From the NCBI GenBank assembly GCA_964035545.1, contig OZ037766.1, positions 5,694,722-5,758,721 of the forward strand: 64,000 bases of DNA. Direction: 5' to 3'. Below, piece by piece: positions 55,267 through 64,000 of this stretch (position 1 is its first letter; every line of letters starts with the position of its first letter). The position numbers were made by a program, and so were the translations under genes. Below the pieces are notes generated by a model that saw only the letters and a list, made by a program, of their open reading frames with translations, made no database searches and was not told where the DNA came from. Origin of the DNA: Bugula neritina (Eukaryota; Animalia; Bryozoa).

Positions 55267-57632
55267 TTTACCCGGTACCCCTATTAAGAAAAATTTGAAA
55301 TGCTTACTGATACAGTTTAGTACATAACAGTTACATATGTAGCTCTATCACTAGTTGACAACATGATCTATTTATGAACCTTTGATTATTCTTCAAGAGT
55401 TTGGCAGTAAAATTCAATGTGTTCAGCAAATTAAACTTCAAGCAAACATGTTTACATATCTATTGCTAAAGTCTTAAAAATATATGTTTGCTATTATGTG
55501 ATATAATAACATTAACATCTGATTATTAACTATACTCTAAATTATAGTTAATTATATAAATTGTCATAGAATTAGATAAAAATTAAAATTGGGTAGGTCG
55601 TAAGACTAAGAATAAGAGTAACTGTAACTGACTAACTGTGTAAGCACCAAAACGAATATGGCAAAATCTGAAAATGATATTCATATGCACTAAATATAAA
55701 TATATCATACTGATACCTACACTTACTTCAATATCAACTAGAAGTGTAACTTAAACTATATTCATATCAGTATAATATTAAACTAATATTGGATATTTAT
55801 CTTGATCTCCACACTTACAGTTACTCTCACTCTCAGAGTCAGACTGAGACTTAGACTTAAAGTTGAAGACTACACAAGACGCTTAGAGATAACGTTGAGC
55901 TCGGGCCATTTAAATTATTAAGTAATTATTACATTATTACATACAGTACAAGTCACAATTAAACTGACCTAAAATGAAAACCTGTATTAATGGCTACAGA
56001 TTAAAAAATCAAAGACAATCCTGAAAAGTTGTCATACTAATAAAAGACGCCCTTTTTAATTGAGAAAGTGGATGTAGTTGACGCGGTAATTAAACATATT
56101 ATGTAACACTATCTTTTATTGGCGCATTTGAATGAAATCACGTATTTAAGTAGCTCGATAAAAAATGAAATGCGAATACAGTAGGGGATAACTCTATTAT
56201 CGCAACTAATATACTATCTAGTCATGATTTATCTAGAGTTATCTTTCCTGGAACACAATAAATATAACATTGGATGGTTCAAATACACACACCTGTATGC
56301 CCAACAGCGCAATAACATGAACTTTTTCAAGATCTGGCTGTTTACTTCAATTATATACATATTATAGCGTTTCAAATTGGGTTTTTAAACTGCTTTATAA
56401 TTCTTTGTTTCATTGCATTTACGAAATTGAGTAAAATTAAATGTTGTCGCAACAAATTCTACATGTTTTTACTATAGTTTGTTTAATTGTTATATAAAGA
56501 GTATAGTTTCAGGTATTCGAGTAGTGCACATAATACAGAACGATATCAAAAAACTTGACAGATAAAAGTTCAAGTTGTTACTTTAGGCTGCTAACATTTA
56601 AATGGAAGGCATAAAACACGTGATTTTAGGTCTATTGTGATACTGAAGACATCTGAAAGTAAGATAACTTGAACTCAAAGCTAGAAGAAACTAAGGATGT
56701 AAAGCCTACATACGCTTTCATTCTATTTTCATGTTAGAAAGTTCCTTTGTAGTATCAATACCGTATCACAGTAAACAGTATATAATAGCTGATTTATAAA
56801 GTAATTAACGTGTATAATATGAAATAGAGTATAGATAACATGTATACTTTAGCACTTATATTCCCACCTTATTCGTTTTAGTCCTTGCAAGTATAACGGC
56901 CAATTTTAGCACTTATATTTTAAGTGTATGAATATTTTAATATTTAACACTTTTTATTATAGAATAGAGGGTAATATATTATATATTATATTATATATCA
57001 TTCTAGCGAATTATTTGAAAAAAAATTGAATAAAATAAAACTCATTAAATTTCGAGTTTTGCCTTAAATATTGCAATATCCTTTGAAAGACCTTAAATCC
57101 TAAGTTTTAGCCAAATCACGCCGTTGAACTTTGTTATTATATATAATTAAACCAAGTAGACTACTCATGTTTATTCTTTAATTGGTCTTCAGTCATCCTT
57201 TTACTTTTATGCACTTATTACGTACTGTGGTTTCTCTTTCAATCACCATTTATATGTCAGCTCTGTTATTATGGACTAAAACACTTGCTATGCACTTACA
57301 TAATCAATATTGAAGCCAACGCTTGTTCATGCATTCAATATTGATCGAATTCATGGCAATTAAAAATTTATGCTGCTAATCCATAAAGTCATTCAATCTA
57401 ACACAAAAGGATGATAAAAAAACTTTTGTTAAAACAAGGATATAACAAATTAACATATCAGATATATTCGCCATTCAATATATAAGCCAAATTTATTTTC
57501 TTATAGACATTTTTAACTAGTGCATCGTATAAATAACAATGTGTTTAGATCCAAAAAACTGTGACCACAGCATTAATTAATTGGAAACATAAACATATAA
57601 TTGGATATAAACTGATAGCACTCTGCCCAACA

Positions 57633-57727
57633 TCACACACACACACGCGCGCACACACGCACACACACACACACACACACGCGCACACGCGCACACACGC
57701 ACACACGCACACACGCACACACACACA
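57633..57727. repeat. (CA)n/(CG) mixed microsatellite
   Basis: Direct reading. Confidence 0.9.
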
Positions 57728-57957
57728 TTCTTAAGCATTTGCTATATCCGAAACATGTAGTTAAATGTATTTGACATTGTATAGTTGTGAGTCTCATTTG
57801 AGTTTCAGTTGTGAAGCATGTCTACAGTGATTGCGCAACATACTACACATAACTACTAATTGCTTTGATATTCATTAGAAAGCTAATTGTTTGGCTGAAG
57901 TGAAGCAATGATTGGCCAACGTTGAAGAGAATTGATTTTTAATGTCGTGCAAAGAGC

Positions 57958-58154
57958 TATATAAATATTACAATCAAAATAGATGCTTTTTATATTCCAT
58001 GGAGACAGTCGATATATTAAGTACCTGCAAACACAAGCTGCAACTGCCACTAGAATACAAAGCAGTTTAAAATAAAGTGCCTGTTACACACTGCTAATAA
58101 ACTAGCCGAATAGAAACTATTAATTTGAATAAATTCAGACAATACCACGACTAG
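57958..58154 (+). promoter_or_regulatory. Putative TATA box and non-coding first exon of the EF-hand gene
   Basis: TATATAAA at 57958-57965; strong donor AG|GTAAGT at 58154/58155; matching acceptor ctccag| at 59320. Confidence 0.5.
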
Positions 58155-58627
58155 GTAAGTAAAATTACACCTTTTCTTTAATTAACCAAAAATGCTTAAC
58201 CATTTGCTTTCACAATATAACATTATATTTTCATTACCAAACTGTGTAACAGCTGGGTGGCAACTTGTCTATTGCTACTGCATGATATAAATCACAGCTG
58301 TAATTGAGAGAACAAATACATTGAGATTAAATTCCTACACCATAGACAAACAGTAGCACAATGACTGAAATAAGATCTGTAATTCTCACACAATTGATCA
58401 GCTAAATGACGTATGCCACGACACCTTCAGATCATATTTCATAGTTCACCGGCTCCTTTAGTGAAAGAGATCAAAAATGCTTTTCTACAAATATTATGGG
58501 TCAAATATAACTGTTGTACTATGACAATAAGTACATTGCTTATATATTTGAAAAATATTTACTTTGCAATATACTATTGTTAAACAGAGTTCATGTTTTT
58601 TTAATTAATTTGGCTTTTTATGTGTCA

Positions 58628-58630
<3 letters not shown>

Positions 58631-58713
<83 letters not shown>

Positions 58714-58761
58714 TGTGTGTGTGTGTGTGGGTGTGTGTGTGTGTGTGTGTGTGTGTTGTGT

Positions 58762-58852
<91 letters not shown>

Positions 58853-58865
58853 TGTGTGTGTGTGT
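58631..58865. repeat. Imperfect (GT)n microsatellite
   Basis: Direct reading. Confidence 0.96.
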
Positions 58866-59427
58866 TGTGTAATGTATGTTGTGCGTGGGCACATGGGTGT
58901 ACATGTGTGAGAAATATAGTTTAATAATTTACTTTTTTCACAACTATTTTTAGAATATGATCATGTAACTATATTTAGCATATTATAAAATGCTGAATCT
59001 GAATATAGCATTACAAAGTTCATAGCTAAAACGTTCCAAACTTCACACCAAAAATGTTAAGATAATTATTAAGATAATAGATTTATACAATACATCGTAA
59101 ACAACAAAACATATTTCAAACAACGGCTTTTTTATCAGATGATTCTGTTGGTTTATGTTTGGCTATTGTGTTTACCTAAAGGAGTATTGATTTAAAAAAG
59201 CATACAATTAAGCAAGCATATTCATTGAATGTATCATACCAATTATCAAGTAAGGCATATGACTCTGTGCTCATTCAGCTGCTATGTTGTGTAATTGAAC
59301 TAACATAATTTCTACTCCAGATTATGAAGTGAGCTGGTTACGGGACTGTTTAGCAGATTTATCAAAAAAAAAATAAAAGAGAGAAACTGCAAATCCTCAA
59401 TCAGAAGTTTTTCCAAACAGCTTAATT

Positions 59428-61793
59428 ATGGGGGCATTACAATCCAACCCTATTGATAACTTGACAAATGAGGAGATAAGTGAGCTAACAGACACTTTCA
59501 ACATGTTTGATGATGATGGAAGTGGTACTATCAGCACAGAAGAGCTGGGCCAGGTCAGTTTTCTTACTTCTCTCTGCTTTGATAAAGAGTTTCCCAGTTC
59601 ATCTTGAATAAGAAAAGAATCGAAACACTTACCTAACTTTTCATTAATCCTTAACTTATGAGAACAACTAGTCTGTTGGTTAGTTAACAGTGATTTTACC
59701 TTTTCTAACAATTTGACAAAAATGATTTAAATCATGTGTCAAATTATATATTATGAATTACTATGAAAATTGAGGTAACAAGGATGTTATGATGTTATTT
59801 TGATTTACACAGTTGTTACAGAGCCATATTTCTTACGCATACACATCTAAAACCACTCAAATATGATTATAGATAACATAACAAGGCTCTACCAAAGCTA
59901 TTTTACTTCGTAAGAAAATGCAGTAGTTTCCTATGACCTCACCAGAGTAGAACTGATTTGATTATACTGTTTATGTACTATTGAGTGCTAGAGTAGGGAA
60001 GAAATTATCATCAGCATAACATCAACAAGTTTCTGGTCACGTTATTGATACTTTAGTGTAGAAATGTTATTGCCATAGCGTTATGCTATCATTATTAGTT
60101 CAACGTGAAGCATAAGCTGTGTTGTAATGTAAAATCAATGCGAGGTGAAAACTCTAGGCTCTTGATAATTGCATAAAGCCATTATTATGGCTGGCTCGTA
60201 GTGTTGGAATGTCTGTATCGGTGCAAATAGTAATTAGTAATAAATTAAAGTGTGCAAACATTTAATACTTCATAAACCGTAATTGCAATTGCGATCTTTT
60301 CTGATTTATATTTGTCTAATTAACATCAACAAGTTATATCACGGCACTATTACACAACATGCCAGTATAGTTTTCTGACTTGATAACACCTCTACTACAC
60401 ACTAACGCTGAGTCAGCATACAAAAGGCCATTTCAAGATTACATAATAACTCCAAACTTTCTTTTTTTGTCTTGTAAAACTGAGAATATAATATAATATA
60501 ATGTAATATAATATAATATAATATAATGATATAATATAATATAACACAATAGTTATTTTATAATGTAATATAATATAGCATAATGTATTATAATATGGTA
60601 GAATAGGATGTAATATAATATAATATAATATAGTGCGATATAATATAATATAATATAATGTAATATGATATATTTGTATAATATATTTGCAGCAGCAATG
60701 TGTGCTCCTACAAAGTTGCAGTAGTCACATATTATAAGCCTAATGTGCATTTTAAAATCTTTTCTATGGATCAAAATTACGGTTGAAATTTATACTAAAT
60801 CATGAATATTCTGATATAATGTTAGCTATATATTAAATTTCTCAGCTTTCTCAGTCATTTTCTATATAGTAAATGATAGCTTGCAATTCAATAACAAACT
60901 GTAGGTAATGAGGGCTCTAGGCCAGGACCCCACAGAGGATGAGCTAGAGGCTATGGTTGAGGATGTGGATGAAGATGGTAGTGGGAGTATTGAAGTTGAC
61001 GAGTTCATAAAAATGATGGCTAAAAGATCTAAAGGTAATCCCAGTACTTTATTACTAGGAAATAGTAGTTTAAAAAAGACATTCTATCAAACATACTGAT
61101 TCAACACAGAGCATGTTGCTATTATATAAGAAAAGAGTTGTAATTTAACATAATATTGCCAGGTAAATATTTAGCAACTATTCGTGGTACATTTATATAC
61201 ATTTATCCAATTAGAAATGCTTTTGAATTCTCCACACTTAGTTCTAAACATACTGTTTACTAGCAGTCTTTGATGTCTAGAGTTAGCTGAGTAATAAATC
61301 AATTTGAAGTTACACTAATGCCTCAGGTGTACAGTAAAGTTGTATAACGGCTTTACTGCAGTAACCATTATGTTATGATATTCATTAGCCTGCAGAAATC
61401 TGGGGTCTATCACGTGGTTCATGAACTTGTTATAATGTTGCAGCCAGTGTCTAATACCAAATATCAGCATCGATTTGATATTATATTTAGCATTATCATT
61501 ATTGAATTTATCATTATTATTATTATTTATTAATATTTATTTATTATATTTATTTATGTTATGTTTTTATAGGGTATGAAAAAGAAGTAAAAATGGCGTT
61601 TAAAACTTTCCACACAAATGGCTTCATCACCAAAGTTGAAATAAGAAAGATCTTCTCATCTCTAGGAGAGGTGTTGACAGACAAAGAAGTCAAACTTCTA
61701 CTCAAAACTGCCGGAGCAAACTCTGAAGGAAAAATTAATTACAAACAATTTTCAACTATGATGAAAGGCATACTAGAAGCTCAAAATAAGTGA
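59428..61793 (+). CDS. Calmodulin/troponin-C-like EF-hand protein (158 aa)
   Basis: Exons 59428-59553, 60905-61034, 61573-61793 (TGA). EF1 DDDGSGTISTEE and EF2 DEDGSGSIEVDE are canonical; EF3 and EF4 are degenerate; in-frame TAA upstream at 59374. Confidence 0.92.
60485..60670. repeat. (ATAAT)n degenerate pentanucleotide repeat
   Basis: Direct reading. Confidence 0.85.
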
Positions 61794-64000
61794 AGCAGAC
61801 ACCAAATAACTTTCCGGGACCAATGAGGTTTTTGTTAAAACTGTTACATTGAAGCTCTGATATTTAATTTTTTTAGCTTACTAAGCTACTTCAACCATCA
61901 TGCATCACTCTACCCCCTTAGGTAATATTTACACTAATACTCAGTTAAAACCAATGATTGCACCATTTATATGCAGCAAGCTACATACTATTTTCTGGTA
62001 CATAATGCTATATCATATTATTCCGGCAGTGCATATGAAATGCATTAAGTGCAGCAGCCTATTTTGCTTTAATTCTGAAATCAGAACATCATTTCCTGTT
62101 TATGTTTTACTACGCACATAGATTTACATTTTTCACAAGTATAGAAATGTGTTGTTTTTATAATTCAGATAAGAAAATTATAACTGACAATGTTAATACT
62201 GTACGCTTCAACTCACTAAAATATGTACATAGTTTTATATAAGCTGTATTAAAATATTTTTTATTGATATATATTGTAAGATTTATATGCGTGTATTTTG
62301 AGGCTAATACATAATGCCTAGAACTAGAAACAACATTTTAATGATTTTATCATTTAGTTCAAGTAGCAGTTGATTGGTTTACAAACATGTCAGTTTATAC
62401 TACTTAGTAGCCTAAGTTCAGGTTTTACTAACAAACAAAGGTATGGAGGGTTTATTGAACTGCCTATCTTTACTGGAGACAAGTACACTAAGGCTAAGCT
62501 ATATTGCAAAAAGTAGGTAATTGTTATTTATAAAAGGCGGGCAAGGCAGCAGATTCTGCAAGTGTAAACAGATTTGCGAAATAATGCAAATTGCTGCCAG
62601 CGTTATGTTAAAGCTAATGGTGTTATGAAATCAAGTACTTTGTATGCCATGTCAAGTATAGCATTAACCTGCTGTCAAGTGCCAATTACATTTATTCATG
62701 CTAGATCAGTGATTGGGTGAAAATAAAGCACACCAAAGTCACAAGCCAATAATTGCATGAATTTTTATTGTGCAAAATTTATTTCATAAGCATGTAGCAC
62801 AACATAAAAACATGCATATATACAAATCATTTTGCATTCCATTACTAATTAATATTTATTTATTATATTTATAAGCTACCAAACTGGCTTTGTTTATTAA
62901 ACTCAGAATGCCTTGATTATAAATTTTAAAATAAAATCCCAATATTTAATTTGTAAGTGAAATGCTAATTTTTTTTCTCCAGAATGATACTTTTAGAATA
63001 GCTCATTTCCTTATGATGAATGATAATATATAAAAATAAACATATAAACAAAACGCTAGATTAGTATTTTGCAGCTATACCGTGAGCACTGTAGCTAATG
63101 CAGTGCTCACAGCTTAATAGATGATTAATAATAATCAACTGTAGATGCAGTTTTATGCTAACCTTTTCCTTCACTACATTAAAGATTTATTTGTTAGTTT
63201 TGTTTTGTTTTAACTGCAGTCCTAATGAACAGATTAATTTTTGATGAACTGTGAAATCACAGTAAAGGTAAAATTTGAGTTAGCATATTTAGAATGCATT
63301 GAGCATAGCTTAGTAAAGACATGCATTTACTACTGTAGATATTTGTGAACTTAAATTATCATTGATTAATATCCAACCTTTTGAAAGTTTTCCTCTTAAA
63401 TTCAACCCAATGCATGCAGATTTTGTTAGAAGTTTATAGTTTGTGAAAATTAAATAGATGCATGTATATATGCATATATGTATAAGGCAAATGGGAAGAA
63501 ATGGGCGAATGTTTGGTGGTACACAGCAGAGAAAAGCAGTGCAAGACAAATGCAACAATATTTTCTAAAGTTCTGAGGAACTAATGAAGCATATTTGATA
63601 CTTTTATTTTCCTCCTTTTGTCAAGGTATTGTGTATATGTACTATTAATCTTACTCTAAACAGTCTTTACCATTGCAATGGCTGCGATGTAGTTGACTCA
63701 GAAAACAGCTGAGTGCTGTTAAAAAGTCAAAAGGTCGTGACATTTCAAATGTGATGAAAACATTTGATACCTGCTGAGCAGGAAGATGAGTTTATATACA
63801 TCATGAGATGCGCTGCCGGTGTTGAATATCAATAACTACTTCGAGGGTTGTAACATTGTTTGGCAATTTCCTTTTAAATAACCTATAAAAGTTTTACTGA
63901 TATTCCATAGAATGAGGTAGGCTGACTATTTCTCATAGGTTTAACATAAACAGAACACGCACATTTTATATTGACTTGTTTTACTATCTCAAAGATCTCT

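Noticed and set aside
55883-55909. ATG-initiated MARAQRYL as a candidate mitochondrial leader exon for ECHS1
   Set aside because: Stops after 8 codons and lies in the low-complexity first intron.
63082-63110. Short hairpin GTGAGCACTG...CAGTGCTCAC
   Set aside because: Isolated 10-bp stem with no supporting context.
63480-63885. Slightly GC-richer, exon-like segments near the window end
   Set aside because: No frame gives a recognisable or phase-consistent protein; needs the downstream flank.

Overview
AT-rich, intron-rich animal genomic DNA, probably an invertebrate (lophotrochozoan-like is a guess). I reconstructed nine spliced genes by hand from GT-AG junctions and phase compatibility: (1-2) two convergent SLC2A13/HMIT-like sugar or myo-inositol transporters, the first 5'-truncated by the window edge; (3) DNAJC5/cysteine string protein; (4) a secreted antistasin-repeat + WAP protein; (5) PINX1; (6) a divergent inactive rhomboid (iRhom); (7) a 5-exon two-TM orphan gene largely missed by the ORF track; (8) ECHS1-like enoyl-CoA hydratase; (9) a calmodulin/troponin-C-like EF-hand protein. 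Mobile DNA includes a decayed Tc1 with a nested TTAA-TSD element, a long-TIR CACAG element splitting an RTE-like LINE remnant, two MITEs and a tRNA-derived SINE family. There are also micro/minisatellites and a 118-bp perfect palindrome. The best candidate for an undescribed system is a pair of tandem 157-nt duplicated exons (123-279, 570-726) in the first transporter. They can only be used one at a time and encode alternative TM4-TM5 substrate-pocket segments. Family assignments rest on recalled motifs, not database searches.
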